The notes: generated from the letters alone by a model not told the origin. A stretch of 32,000 nt of DNA from Candidatus Brocadia sp. (GCA_021650915.1 CP091279.1:3510001-3542000), one strand, 5' to 3'; counted from the first letter of the stretch, positions 16,988 to 26,545 are shown. Made by a program: numbers and translations.

Positions 16988-17995
16988 ATGAAAAATCCTT
17001 CCAAGTCAGTTGTTTGCCTTTTTTTACCATGGGTTTGCAAGGGTTTCGCTGCGTATCTTTCTGTCTTTTTTCTTGTCTGTTCCGGGTGCGACAGGCAGGA
17101 GGATGTGGCTGAGCAATTCGAGGAATTCAGGGAGATTGTTGCAACCCCGGTTGAGACTCAGCTTTCGGAAACGCCTTTGGGCACAGCCACAGTCGCTGCT
17201 CAGGAAACAACACCTGTTCAGACTGCCCAGGCAAGTCTGATCCCGCAGCCTACGCAGGTAGTAGACAAGGCCGTTACAGCAGAGGAGCTTTACCACGAGG
17301 GTCTTGAGTATTTCCATCAGAACAGGTTTGAAGAGGCGATCGAGTCCTTTAACAAGGCGACCGAGCTGGACAACACCCTGACAGATGCGTATAAAAAGAA
17401 GGCTATGGCTTACCAAAAGATCGGGCTAGCGAACGAGGCAATTGTCGCTTACAAGAAGGTTGTTGAGTTGGATCCCAATGATGCAGAAACCCGTCTGAAT
17501 TTGGGAACGTTATATCTTAAGAGAAAAATGACGTATGAGGCCCTGGCGATGTTTGAAAAATATGCAGTAATGAATCCCCAAAACGCAGCGGTCTTTTATA
17601 ATCTGGGATGTCTGTATGGAGAGAAGAAGCTTTATGACAAGGCGATTGCCGCGTATCGGCAGGCAGTAAAAATCAATCCCGGTTATGATGATGCGTATTA
17701 TAATCTTGGCGTTGTTTACCTTGATACCGGAAGGTATGACGAGGCTATAGGGGTTTTTCAAAAGGCTTTGACGAGGAATCCCAGAAATCATGAATCCCGT
17801 TATAATCTTGCGGTTGCCTATGCAAAAAAAGGGTTATACAATGATGCCGTAGCTGCATGTGAAAAATTGTTGGAATTAGACCCGGGAAACGCAAATGCCC
17901 ATTTTCTGCTGGGTGATACCTATAATAAATTAGGAAAAGGCAAAGAGGCGAAGGAAGAATTTGATCTCTATAAAAAACTGATATTTGCAAAGTAA
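16988..17995 (+). CDS. TPR-repeat protein, probable lipoprotein
   Basis: Signal sequence ending in FFLVCSGC (lipobox-like). A low-complexity linker follows, then about 7 TPR units (AYxxLGxxYxxxGxYDEAIxxYxKAxxxxP pattern). Confidence 0.85.
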   Translation: MKNPSKSVVCLFLPWVCKGFAAYLSVFFLVCSGCDRQEDVAEQFEEFREIVATPVETQLSETPLGTATVAAQETTPVQTAQASLIPQPTQVVDKAVTAEELYHEGLEYFHQNRFEEAIESFNKATELDNTLTDAYKKKAMAYQKIGLANEAIVAYKKVVELDPNDAETRLNLGTLYLKRKMTYEALAMFEKYAVMNPQNAAVFYNLGCLYGEKKLYDKAIAAYRQAVKINPGYDDAYYNLGVVYLDTGRYDEAIGVFQKALTRNPRNHESRYNLAVAYAKKGLYNDAVAACEKLLELDPGNANAHFLLGDTYNKLGKGKEAKEEFDLYKKLIFAK

Positions 17996-18012
17996 TATCT
18001 CCGCGGAAGTGC

Positions 18013-18294
18013 GTGGTGAAAAAAATACAGCTTATTGTTTTTCTGTTTTTGTTAGTGCCTGTTTCCTTCACGGGTTTTTCCGTTCTGGCCCGGCCGGCTC
18101 CCGTGAATCCTGCAACATCAACAACATCATCCGTGTCCGTGCAGCCGCTGCAAAGTCCTTTGCCTGAACTTCCACAAACCCAGCGATCTAAACTCAAAAT
18201 TATTCAATACACCCTCTTGCCCCTTGCCGTTGGAGTATCTACCTGGTTTTTGATGTGCCTGGAAAAAACGGAGGAAAACAAAGCGGACACATAA
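18013..18294 (+). CDS. Small hypothetical protein with signal peptide and C-terminal TM helix
   Basis: GTG start 18 nt after the TPR stop, with GGAAG upstream. MVKKIQLIVFLFLLVPVSFTGFSVLA, a Ser/Thr/Pro-rich middle, and a hydrophobic YTLLPLAVGVSTWFLMCL. No family recognised. Confidence 0.35.
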   Translation: MVKKIQLIVFLFLLVPVSFTGFSVLARPAPVNPATSTTSSVSVQPLQSPLPELPQTQRSKLKIIQYTLLPLAVGVSTWFLMCLEKTEENKADT

Positions 18295-18466
18295 CGTTTT
18301 GCGCCTCTGCCGGGTACTGTCATATCTCAAGGCCAATTCAATTTTGCAGGTTGAATCAGAACTATACTCAGGATGTTCACAAAATATGATTTTTGAAACA
18401 CTTTAACCACTTATGTAGACAGAAGTTATGTGGAATGCCAGAAATCATTGTTTGTGAACCCTTAGA

Positions 18467-18736
18467 GTATAACAATTTAGTTTTTTGAAAAATCCCGAAG
18501 GGATGACATGATTATAGAAAAAGCGCGCCACCATATTCAACCCCGTAAGGGGTGAAATATCGGGAAAATAGCGATACTATGCCTTCCCTACGGAGTTAAC
18601 CATGCTTGCGTAACAACAAACTATAATCATGTCATCCCTTCGGGATTACAGAATCAATATTTTGTTCACTCGCACTGATTGTGAGCAAAAGTTCGCCGAA
18701 TAGATACGGAAATTTTTCAAAAAACTAAATTGTTAC
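18467..18736. mobile_element. MITE-like non-coding palindromic element whose termini match the IS66-like element at 28685-31095
   Basis: The outer inverted repeats are TAACAATTTAGTTTTTTGAAAAAT (18470-18493) and its exact reverse complement (18712-18735, ending GTTAC at 18736). They match the IS terminus GTAACACTTTAGTTCTTTGAAAAATT at 25 of 27 positions. An inner perfect 24-bp inverted repeat is CCCGAAGGGATGACATGATTATAG (18494-18517 and 18621-18644). No ORF. Confidence 0.65.
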
Positions 18737-18822
18737 AAAAAAATTATTAAATCCCCACGGCTGGTTCAATCTTGCAGATTGAACCATAGAGTTATTAGGA
18801 ATTCCAAAGGAGTATGGACAAT

Positions 18823-19347
18823 TCATGAATTGCCCATACTCCTGGGATGTCTAACCGTTGTAGTGGAACGCATCATGCGTATGCCGTGGTGGTGCGTACC
18901 GTAATAATCGGCCAGATACTCCTGCTCGGTAAAGCCCAGCTTGCGGTAGAGATTTATAGCCTTCTGGTTTTTGGCATGGACTTCCAGAAATATGCGTTCC
19001 GCTCCGTGTATAGCAAGCGCATGGAGGATATGATCAGTCAGTTTCTGCCCGATGCGCTGCCCCTGCTCATCAGGGTGTACGGCCACAGCATAGAGGCGTC
19101 CGGAGGAATAGCGTTGATGATAACGCCGCAATAACCCTGCTGCCCATCCCAATGCCACGCCTTTCCGTTCAGCGACTACCACAATTGCACGAGGATTGGT
19201 AATCAGCCTTTGTATCTGCCTGCGGTTAAACATCTCTTCAGTACGGGTGAAGCAAGAGGCTTCCAATTCGAGGAGCGGCGCGGCGTCCCTGGTTTCAGCA
19301 GGACGGAGGCAGAAGGTGGGACGATTATGAGGCTTGGAAATTGTCAT
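18823..19347 (-). CDS. GNAT-family acetyltransferase (RimI-like)
   Basis: The start is taken at MTISKPHNRPTFCLRPAETRDAAPLLELEASCF, Met43 of the track ORF. Motif A: VHPDEQGQRIGQKL. C-terminal NQKAINLYRKLGF. Confidence 0.8.
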   Translation of the reverse strand: MTISKPHNRPTFCLRPAETRDAAPLLELEASCFTRTEEMFNRRQIQRLITNPRAIVVVAERKGVALGWAAGLLRRYHQRYSSGRLYAVAVHPDEQGQRIGQKLTDHILHALAIHGAERIFLEVHAKNQKAINLYRKLGFTEQEYLADYYGTHHHGIRMMRSTTTVRHPRSMGNS

Positions 19348-19560
19348 AATCCTGTTTGCAGATTTGAAATACCTGACCTGAATGATTCGGAAAAGACAAT
19401 ATCTGAAGAATGAAATTTGTAAGTCAACCCTGTCGGGGTTATAAACCCTGACAGAGTTAGAGTATTGCGACAAGCGATTGCTTCGTTTTCTGCTCCTTGC
19501 AATGGTAATTGTTGGTTATACCCTTTAACGAAACAGTCTCTTGGTTTTCGGCGAAATACG

Positions 19561-20562
19561 TTACACCTCTTTGGCGTTAATCCATTTCATCATCTTCCGT
19601 AATTCCCTGCCCACTTTTTCAATGAGATGTCCTTTGTCTTTTTTCTCCAGGGCATTGAAGACCGGGCGTCCCGCCTGATTTTCCAGGATCCATTCCCTGG
19701 CAAACTGACCGCTCTGTATCTCGGATAAGATCCGTTTCATCTCCTTTTTGGTTTCTGCTGTGACAATGCGCGGTCCGCGGGTCAGGTCTCCATATTCTGC
19801 GGTGTTGCTGATCGAATATCGCATATAACTGAGGCCGCCCTGATAAAACAGGTCAACGATCAGTTTCAGTTCGTGCATGCACTCAAAATAGGCGAGTTCC
19901 GGCTGGTATCCCGCTTCCACCAGCGTTTCAAATCCTGCCTTAACGAGCGCCGCAGCCCCGCCACAGAGCACAGCCTGTTCCCCAAAGAGGTCTGTTTCAG
20001 TTTCCTCGGCGAAGGTAGTTTCCATCACTCCTGCCCGGGTGCCGCCAATGCCATGGGCGTAAGCCATGGCCTTCCCTTTGGCCTTACCCGTGGCGTCCTG
20101 ATGGATAGCCATGAGACACGGCACACCGCCTCCCTTTTCAAATTCACTGCGGACAAGGTGTCCCGGCCCCTTGGGCGCTATCATGATGACGTCGATATTC
20201 GCCGGAGGCACGACCTGGCCAAAGTGGATGTTAAATCCGTGGGAAAAACAGAGTGTCTTTCCATCTTTTAAATGAGGTTTAATCTGAGACTCGTAAACTG
20301 CCCTCTGCGTTTCATCAGGCATAAGTATCTGAATGAAATCGCCTTGTTGTGCCGCTTCATCTACACTGAGAGGTTTAAATCCGTGTTTAACTGCCAGCTG
20401 ATAATTTGGAGTGCCGGTCCTGGTGGATACGATGACATCCATACCCGATTCTCTGAGGTTTTGCGCCTGGGCATGTCCCTGGCTGCCGTATCCGATTACG
20501 GCAATCTTTTTCCCTTTCAGCATACTGATATCGGCGTCTTTTTCATAGTACATTTTTAGCAT
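19561..20562 (-). CDS. ilvC: Ketol-acid reductoisomerase (class I)
   Basis: [28 protein letters not shown]-binding motif, and class I KARI length (333 aa) and sequence throughout. Confidence 0.95.
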   Translation of the reverse strand: MLKMYYEKDADISMLKGKKIAVIGYGSQGHAQAQNLRESGMDVIVSTRTGTPNYQLAVKHGFKPLSVDEAAQQGDFIQILMPDETQRAVYESQIKPHLKDGKTLCFSHGFNIHFGQVVPPANIDVIMIAPKGPGHLVRSEFEKGGGVPCLMAIHQDATGKAKGKAMAYAHGIGGTRAGVMETTFAEETETDLFGEQAVLCGGAAALVKAGFETLVEAGYQPELAYFECMHELKLIVDLFYQGGLSYMRYSISNTAEYGDLTRGPRIVTAETKKEMKRILSEIQSGQFAREWILENQAGRPVFNALEKKDKGHLIEKVGRELRKMMKWINAKEV

Positions 20563-20591
20563 GTCGTTTATTCCTTTTCCTTGTAAAATTT

Positions 20592-21071
20592 TTACTTTGT
20601 GCCGCGGCCAATAGCAATACTTCCTGTCCTTACGAGTTCTTTGATACCGTAAGCTCTCAGCAGATGAATCATGGCTTCGAGTTTTTCTTCAGCGCCGGCA
20701 AGCTCAACAACGAGGTCTTTCTGGCCGACATCGATAATCTTCCCCCGGAAAATTTCAACAATTTCAATAATTTCACTCCGTTTCCCCGCCGGCACGTTAA
20801 CCTTCAGCAGCATGAGATTGCGCTCGACAAACTCTTCGCTGGTGAAGTCGATTACCTTGATTACATCGATAATCTTTCCTAATTGTTTTCTGACCTGTTC
20901 CAGAATGGCATCGTCTCCCCTGACGACAATGGTCATCCGTGAGAGCGCGGGATTCTCCGTCTCCCCGACGGCGAGGCTATCGATATTGAATCCCCTCCCA
21001 CTGATGAGACCGGTAATGCGGGCGAGAACGCCAACCTTGTTTTCCACGAGAAGAGAAATAACGTGTCGCAT
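20592..21071 (-). CDS. ilvH: Acetolactate synthase small (regulatory) subunit
   Basis: [39 protein letters not shown] (ACT domain) plus the ALS_ss_C region. The start is taken at Met41 of the track ORF, 4 nt after the rnfA stop. Confidence 0.9.
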   Translation of the reverse strand: MRHVISLLVENKVGVLARITGLISGRGFNIDSLAVGETENPALSRMTIVVRGDDAILEQVRKQLGKIIDVIKVIDFTSEEFVERNLMLLKVNVPAGKRSEIIEIVEIFRGKIIDVGQKDLVVELAGAEEKLEAMIHLLRAYGIKELVRTGSIAIGRGTK

Positions 21072-21075
21072 AATT

Positions 21076-21714
21076 TTACTGAACCATTCCTGAAAAACCA
21101 AAGAAGGCAAGGGCCATAAGTCCGGTGCAAATAAAGGCAATCGGAATACCGCGTAAGGGTTGAGGTATATTGGCAACAGCCAGACGCTCACGGATGCCAG
21201 ACATCAGAAGCATGGCTACCGTAAAACCGATTCCCGCCCCGAAACCTTGCACCGTAGCCTGAAGAAATCCCATGTGCTTCGGAGAGTCGGTGGTATTCAA
21301 AAGCGCAACACCCAGTACCGCGCAGTTGGTGGTGATCAGAGGCAAATAGATGCCAAGGCTTTCATACAGGGCTGGCACCATCTTCCTGAGCATCATTTCA
21401 ACCAGTTGCACCAGCGTTGCGATGACCAAAATATAGCTGATTGTCTTCAATACCTCGATCAGCCCCAATTCTCGTATGGATGGAAAGACCTTTGCAATGA
21501 TGTTTGCATCGCCAGGCAACAGGATGAAGTTATAGACAATCCACGTAATTGCTGAAGAAAGGGTCATGACAAACGTTACCGCTACCCCCATACCCATTGC
21601 GGAAGACGTCTTTTGAGAAACACCCAGGAATGGGCAAAGTCCCAGGAATTTTGCCAGGACAAAGTTGTTAACGAAGACGACGCTTACAATAATTAATGCA
21701 AGTTCCTTAATCAT
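21076..21714 (-). CDS. rnfA: RnfA-type membrane subunit (Rnf/Nqr family)
   Basis: [36 protein letters not shown] and [11 protein letters not shown] closely follow the E. coli RsxA/RnfA sequence as I recall it. Confidence 0.9.
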   Translation of the reverse strand: MIKELALIIVSVVFVNNFVLAKFLGLCPFLGVSQKTSSAMGMGVAVTFVMTLSSAITWIVYNFILLPGDANIIAKVFPSIRELGLIEVLKTISYILVIATLVQLVEMMLRKMVPALYESLGIYLPLITTNCAVLGVALLNTTDSPKHMGFLQATVQGFGAGIGFTVAMLLMSGIRERLAVANIPQPLRGIPIAFICTGLMALAFFGFSGMVQ

Positions 21715-22363
21715 GTTTCATATGTGCCTTCATAGATTTTTCGCTCTTTCTGAGCTTCCGCCAGTTCAAGAAACCCAATAAGAGTCCCAGTACAATAAAC
21801 GCCCCCGGCGCCATGATCATTACCGGGGCAGGTTGATACGATTCTGATACCCTGAGACCAAAGATTGTTCCCGCCCCCAGTACCTCGCGTATTGCGGAAA
21901 CAAGACAGAGAGAGAGCGTCCACCCCAACCCCAGCCCTGCCCCGTCCAGAACCGAAGCCAGGGGTTTATTCTTATACGCAAATGATTCCGCGCGATACAT
22001 GATAATGCAATTTACCACGATAAGCGGAATGAATATCCCCAGGGATGCATTCAATTCGGGCGGTAAATATGCCTTCATAAGCAATTCCACCATGGTCACG
22101 AATGCCGCGATAATTACGATGAAACACGGAATCCGGATTTCACGGGGAATAAATGGCCGTACCAGGGAAACGATAAGGTTGGAGCAAACAAGCACAAAGG
22201 TGGCTGCTCCGCCCATAGCTACGCCATTTTTTACTGAGGTAGTGACTGCAAGGCTGGGACATAATCCTAGTACCAGCACAAACAAGGGATTGTATTGAAC
22301 GATTCCCTTGGTAAATTCCTTCAAATTGTTTTGTTCTGCCATAGTATTTTTGCCCTTGTCCAT
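21707..22363 (-). CDS. rnfE: RnfE-type membrane subunit (Rnf/Nqr family)
   Basis: [39 protein letters not shown] and [12 protein letters not shown] match RnfE/RsxE. It overlaps the rnfA start by 8 nt. The start could also be Met8 (22342). Confidence 0.9.
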   Translation of the reverse strand: MDKGKNTMAEQNNLKEFTKGIVQYNPLFVLVLGLCPSLAVTTSVKNGVAMGGAATFVLVCSNLIVSLVRPFIPREIRIPCFIVIIAAFVTMVELLMKAYLPPELNASLGIFIPLIVVNCIIMYRAESFAYKNKPLASVLDGAGLGLGWTLSLCLVSAIREVLGAGTIFGLRVSESYQPAPVMIMAPGAFIVLGLLLGFLNWRKLRKSEKSMKAHMKHD

Positions 22364-22598
22364 AGTCCTGTTAATACTTTTTTTTCCGTACCGATTTCAT
22401 TGGTAGGCAGAGTTAAATCATTTACCCGTTTGGGGATGACCACGGCTTACGCTAACTATTGCAAATGCTTTGTTCCCTACCCACGAGCGGCGGAAAACCT
22501 CCCTTAAATAAGAGTGGACAAGGGGGTTGTTTCTGCTGTACCTTTAAAAAATTTTCAAGAAGGCTAAACGTTTTAGCAGCAAATGTCAAGTGGAAATT

Positions 22599-22856
22599 TT
22601 AGCGGAGATACTTATCAATCTCCTTCTTGTCAAAACCATAGAGCACCTTGTCACCAGCGACGACAATCGGCAGCTTATCGAGGGATTCGACATCGTCATT
22701 ACCGACGATTTTAATGATCTCTTTTCTTGCGCGGTCGTCCTTGTCAATGTCAAAAGAGACATAATCGGCTTTTCGTTCGTTTAAATAAACGAGCAATTCG
22801 TTGCACTTTGGACAAAATGGGGTACAAAATACCTTCAATTTATTCGTCGCCATCAT
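22599..22856 (-). CDS. Small thioredoxin-fold, glutaredoxin-like protein (CPKC motif)
   Basis: MMATNKLKVFCTPFCPKCNELLVYLNERKADYVSFDIDKD...LPIVVAGDKVLYGF. GGAGGGG lies 5-11 nt upstream of this ATG. The longer track ORF (to 22946) adds a non-homologous Cys-rich leader. Confidence 0.65.
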   Translation of the reverse strand: MMATNKLKVFCTPFCPKCNELLVYLNERKADYVSFDIDKDDRARKEIIKIVGNDDVESLDKLPIVVAGDKVLYGFDKKEIDKYLR

Positions 22857-22960
22857 TTCCCCTCCTCTTGATAAGTTGGTATAATCCAAAATGCGATTCA
22901 AACAAAAAAAACAATAACAGTCAATGAAAAAAACACTTCCAGGCAAGCAGGGTTATTCTT

Positions 22961-22989
22961 TTGACTTGAATTTTCCGTTCTGCTAAAAT
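22961..22989 (+). promoter_or_regulatory. Sigma-70-type promoter of purH
   Basis: TTGACT (22961-22966), 17-nt spacer, TAAAAT (22984-22989). This leaves a leader of about 100 nt before the ATG at 23100. Confidence 0.55.
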
Positions 22990-23099
22990 CGCGAAGGTAT
23001 GGCAGAAGAAGTCTTATTCCGGTGCAGAGAATTTCAAATCTACGGTTGTAGAGCGACGAGTCTCGTCGCTCTCCTGTAATAACAAGGAGAGAAGAAAAG

Positions 23100-24677
23100 A
23101 TGGCAAGATTGGAAAGGGCGCTTATCAGTGTTTCTGATAAAACGGGAATTGTGGAGTTTTCCAGGGAATTACAACATTTAGGGGTCGAAATTATTTCTAC
23201 GGGCGGAACGTCCAAATTATTAAAAGAGAACGGTATTCGTGTAATTGAAATATCCGAGCACACGGGATTCCCGGAGATTATGGATGGCCGTGTGAAGACC
23301 CTGCATCCCAAGGTGCATGGGGGGTTATTGGCTTTACGGGATAACGAAACCCACAAAAAGCAGATGAAGGAACTGGGCATTAAGCCGATCGATATGGTCG
23401 TTGTCAACTTATACCCCTTTGAAAAGACGATTACAAAGAAAGGGGTAACTCTGGAAGAGACGATTGAAAATATCGATATCGGTGGGCCGTCAATGATCCG
23501 CTCGGCTTCGAAGAATTACAAGGATGTGATCGTTGTCGTGAATCCCAGACGCTATGAATTCATTATCGAAGAGCTCAAGGCCAATCACAACGATCTCTCC
23601 GAAAAGATGCGTTTTGAACTGGCGATTGAGGCGTTCAGGATAACGGGTCGTTACGACAGGGTTATTGCCAATTATTTTGACGGCCTCGATAAAGAGAAGG
23701 GTGGCTATCCCACCGCACTCTCCCTGGACTATACCAAGCGACAGTCTCTGCGGTATGGTGAAAATCCCCATCAAACAGCCGCATTTTATGTGGAGGAAAA
23801 CAATCAGGAACCTTGCGTATCCAACGCCCAGCAATTGTTCGGGAAGGAGCTTTCCTATAATAACATTATCGACCTCAATGCCGCCCTGGAATTAGTGAAG
23901 GAATTTGAACGGCCTTCTGCCATCGTGATAAAGCATACCAACCCCTGCGGGGCCGCATCGGCGAATACCCTTGCTGAGGCATTTCAAAAGGCGTACAGCA
24001 GCGATCCGATATCCGCCTTTGGCTGTATCCTGGGGCTAAATAAGACCGTGGACGTGGCAACCGCAGATGCCATTACCGAACCAGGCCATTTTGTGGAAGC
24101 GATTATCGCGCCGGAGTTTGAACCAAAAGCAATAGAGATACTTACCACAAAACGCAAGTGGGGGAGCAGTTTGAGGCTGTTAAAGACAGGGGCGCTATCA
24201 GTAACTGCCGTCGATGCGTGCGCCTGCGATATGAAAAGAGTTGTGGGAGGAATGCTTTTACAGGGAAGGGATCTTTCCGTCTACGACCCTGCCAGCCTTA
24301 CGGTAGTTTCGAAAAAAACACCGTCCGAGAAAGAGATGTCCGATCTGCGGTTTGCCTTTATTGTGTGTAAGCATGTAAAATCAAACAGCATCGTATTGGC
24401 TAAGAATGAGGCGGTGGTAGGCGTGGGCGCCGGACAGATGAGCCGCATCGATTCCACGGAGATTTCCCTTAAGAAGGCAGGCGACAGGGCCAAGGGCGCC
24501 GTCATGGCTTCCGATGCCTTCTTCCCCTTCAAGGACAGCGTGGACGTGGCAGCCAGGGCTGGCGTTGTGGCAATTATCCAACCGGGTGGTTCGAATAAGG
24601 ACGATGAATCGGTTGCGGCGGCTGACGAACATGGCATCGTCATGGTATTTACCGGCCAGCGGCATTTCAGACACTAA
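23100..24677 (+). CDS. purH: Bifunctional AICAR transformylase / IMP cyclohydrolase
   Basis: ALISVSDKTGIVEFSRELQHLGVEIISTGGT (MGS-like domain), KTLHPKVHGG and the AICARFT region. 525 aa full length. Confidence 0.97.
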   Translation: MARLERALISVSDKTGIVEFSRELQHLGVEIISTGGTSKLLKENGIRVIEISEHTGFPEIMDGRVKTLHPKVHGGLLALRDNETHKKQMKELGIKPIDMVVVNLYPFEKTITKKGVTLEETIENIDIGGPSMIRSASKNYKDVIVVVNPRRYEFIIEELKANHNDLSEKMRFELAIEAFRITGRYDRVIANYFDGLDKEKGGYPTALSLDYTKRQSLRYGENPHQTAAFYVEENNQEPCVSNAQQLFGKELSYNNIIDLNAALELVKEFERPSAIVIKHTNPCGAASANTLAEAFQKAYSSDPISAFGCILGLNKTVDVATADAITEPGHFVEAIIAPEFEPKAIEILTTKRKWGSSLRLLKTGALSVTAVDACACDMKRVVGGMLLQGRDLSVYDPASLTVVSKKTPSEKEMSDLRFAFIVCKHVKSNSIVLAKNEAVVGVGAGQMSRIDSTEISLKKAGDRAKGAVMASDAFFPFKDSVDVAARAGVVAIIQPGGSNKDDESVAAADEHGIVMVFTGQRHFRH

Positions 24678-24718
24678 ATTCGGAGGGGCACTTTGCGAAT
24701 GCTCCCTCGTGTGCGCCT

Positions 24719-25141
24719 ATGACAGGTTCAAAAGAAAGATGGTCAATTGAGGAAATCGGAAAGGGGCTTTTCCCTCTGTTTCAAGATGAAGGCTTGAGGC
24801 TGGTTTTGCTGTTTGGATCAGCTGCTTCAGGGAAGATGCATAAAAAAAGTGACATTGACCTTGCATTTCTCTTTGACAAACCGGCTGATATCCTGACGCT
24901 CACCAACAGGATTATCAGGCTTCTTCATACCGATCATGTTGATGTGGTTGACCTGAAACGTGCAAGTCCGCTTTTAAGATATACATCGGTAAAGCATGGT
25001 ATGCTTCTTTATGAGAGAGAACCCGGCATGTTCCATGAGTTTTATTCACTTGCATTCAGGCGATATGTTGACACGAAAAAACTCCGCGATGCACAGACTA
25101 AGGCAATTCAGCAATTTTTAATAGCGAGGGGGCTGGCTTGA
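24719..25141 (+). CDS. mntA: MntA-type nucleotidyltransferase antitoxin (type VII TA)
   Basis: Minimal NTase motif LVLLFGSAASGKMHKKSDIDLAFLF. The stop overlaps the downstream start (TTGA). Confidence 0.8.
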   Translation: MTGSKERWSIEEIGKGLFPLFQDEGLRLVLLFGSAASGKMHKKSDIDLAFLFDKPADILTLTNRIIRLLHTDHVDVVDLKRASPLLRYTSVKHGMLLYEREPGMFHEFYSLAFRRYVDTKKLRDAQTKAIQQFLIARGLA

Positions 25142-25568
25142 GTCCAACCGAAAGAGAGATTATCAGACGCAAACTCCTTATCATAGCGGAAAATCTTAAG
25201 GCGCTTGAACCCATAATGAACATGACCAGCGAGGAATATATCAGCGATGTATACAAAAGGAAGGCTACCGAGCGGCTCTTGCAGGAATTGATCGAGGCAG
25301 CAATTGATATAAATTCCCACCTGATCGTTCAAACCGGTCATGCGCACCCGATGATTATTACGAAGGCTTTATAAAAGCAGGTGAAGTGAACATAATCCCT
25401 GCTGACCTCGCAGAGAAGCTTGCCCCATCTGCAGGACTCAGAAACAGGCTGGTACACGAATACGACTTGCTTGATCACTTGTTAGTTTTAGAAGCTATTA
25501 AGATGGCCGAGAAACTATATCCTGCGTATATAAAAGAGATCGAAACTTTTATCTCCGGAAGCATTTGA
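25138..25568 (+). pseudogene. hepT: HepT (DUF86/HEPN) RNase toxin, disrupted by a 1-nt frameshift
   Basis: Track ORFs 25138..25374 and 25386..25568 are two halves of one DUF86 protein. Frame 1 reads ...IDINSHLIVQTGHAHP. Shifting at the CCC run (25347-25349) continues DDYYEGFIKAGEVNIIPADLAEKLAPSAGLRNRLVHEY, which contains the HEPN Rx4HxY motif. Confidence 0.8.
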
Positions 25569-25603
25569 TTCCTGCAAAGGTGAAATTTAAATTTTGTGTT
25601 ACC

Positions 25604-26221
25604 ATGGTAAAAGTGAAAATTTGCGGAATCACCAATAGGGAAGACGCACAAGCTGCCGTGGATTTTGGCGCAGACGCCCTGGGATTTGTCTTCGCAAAGA
25701 GCTCGCGGCGCGTAACAAGGGAGCAGGCAAAGGATATCATTGAGCGCCTGCCCCCTTTTGTTTCACCGGTTGGGGTTTTTGTGGATGAAGCGGTAGCGGC
25801 AATAAAGGGGATATGCGATTTTTGCGGCATACACACCGTTCAGCTCCATGGCAATGAAGATCCCTTGGATATCCATGATTTGAAGGGATACACCACGATA
25901 AAGGCCTTTCGGATTAAGGACGAAGATGATTTGGCGTGCCTCTCTCGGTACAAACCTCACGCCTTTTTGCTGGATAGTTATGTCAAGGGAGTTATGGGTG
26001 GGACAGGGATGGCTTTTAACTGGGAGATTGCAAGGCAGGCGCGTAACTACGGAATGATCATTTTATCGGGAGGATTGACTCCCGAAAACGTAACCGAGGC
26101 CGTTCGCATCGTAAAACCCTATGCCGTGGATGTGTCTTCAGGCGTGGAATCGGCACCGGGCAAGAAAAGCAGGGAGTTAATGAAACAGTTTATCATGCAT
26201 GCGAAATTCAGGGGAGATTAA
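25604..26221 (+). CDS. trpF: Phosphoribosylanthranilate isomerase
   Basis: MVKVKICGITNREDAQAAVDFGADALGFVF, VQLHGNE, GGTGMAFNW, ILSGGLTPENV. The start is taken at Met14 of the track ORF. Confidence 0.9.
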   Translation: MVKVKICGITNREDAQAAVDFGADALGFVFAKSSRRVTREQAKDIIERLPPFVSPVGVFVDEAVAAIKGICDFCGIHTVQLHGNEDPLDIHDLKGYTTIKAFRIKDEDDLACLSRYKPHAFLLDSYVKGVMGGTGMAFNWEIARQARNYGMIILSGGLTPENVTEAVRIVKPYAVDVSSGVESAPGKKSRELMKQFIMHAKFRGD

Positions 26222-26545
26222 AATTGCCTTATATCTGTGGGCATGAAAGGCCGTCGGGAGATAGCAGAGCGCGAAGCCCCATATGCGTTAAATTTAAGAA
26301 AGAACTGTAGCATTTTAGAGCAAACTATCGAATGCAGAACAAGGAATATTGAATTTTAAAAGGGGGAAAAAATCTTCATAATTCAACATTTTTTGTTCGA
26401 TATTCGATATTTAATTACAATCAAATTGAATTAACTTCTTAAGGATTTTCCTTTACCCCTTCGGGGCTGATTATTGTAGTGTTTTTCTTCTCCAGGGGCT
26501 TCACCCCTGGCTAGATTCTTTCGTCCCGTTGGAACTTATTATTAC

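Noticed and set aside
22990-23099. ZTP (pfl) riboswitch in the purH leader
   Set aside because: I could not find the conserved pfl elements (for example the CCGCCTGGGC-type 3' pseudoknot segment) in the leader. The structure is reported as an unclassified hairpin switch instead.
22898-23407. 169-aa minus-strand ORF overlapping the purH start and promoter
   Set aside because: It is antisense to the strongly supported purH CDS and has no recognisable motifs. The many other track ORFs antisense to the HK, KAS, rSAM, uvrC, ilvC and selA genes are rejected for the same reason.
26492-26510. Hairpin CCAGGGG-CTTCA-CCCCTGG upstream of selA, considered as a tRNA-Sec (UCA) anticodon arm
   Set aside because: The loop is only 5 nt, or 7 nt without U33 if opened. 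No GGAAG acceptor start or T-arm (GGTTCGA-like) is nearby on either strand.
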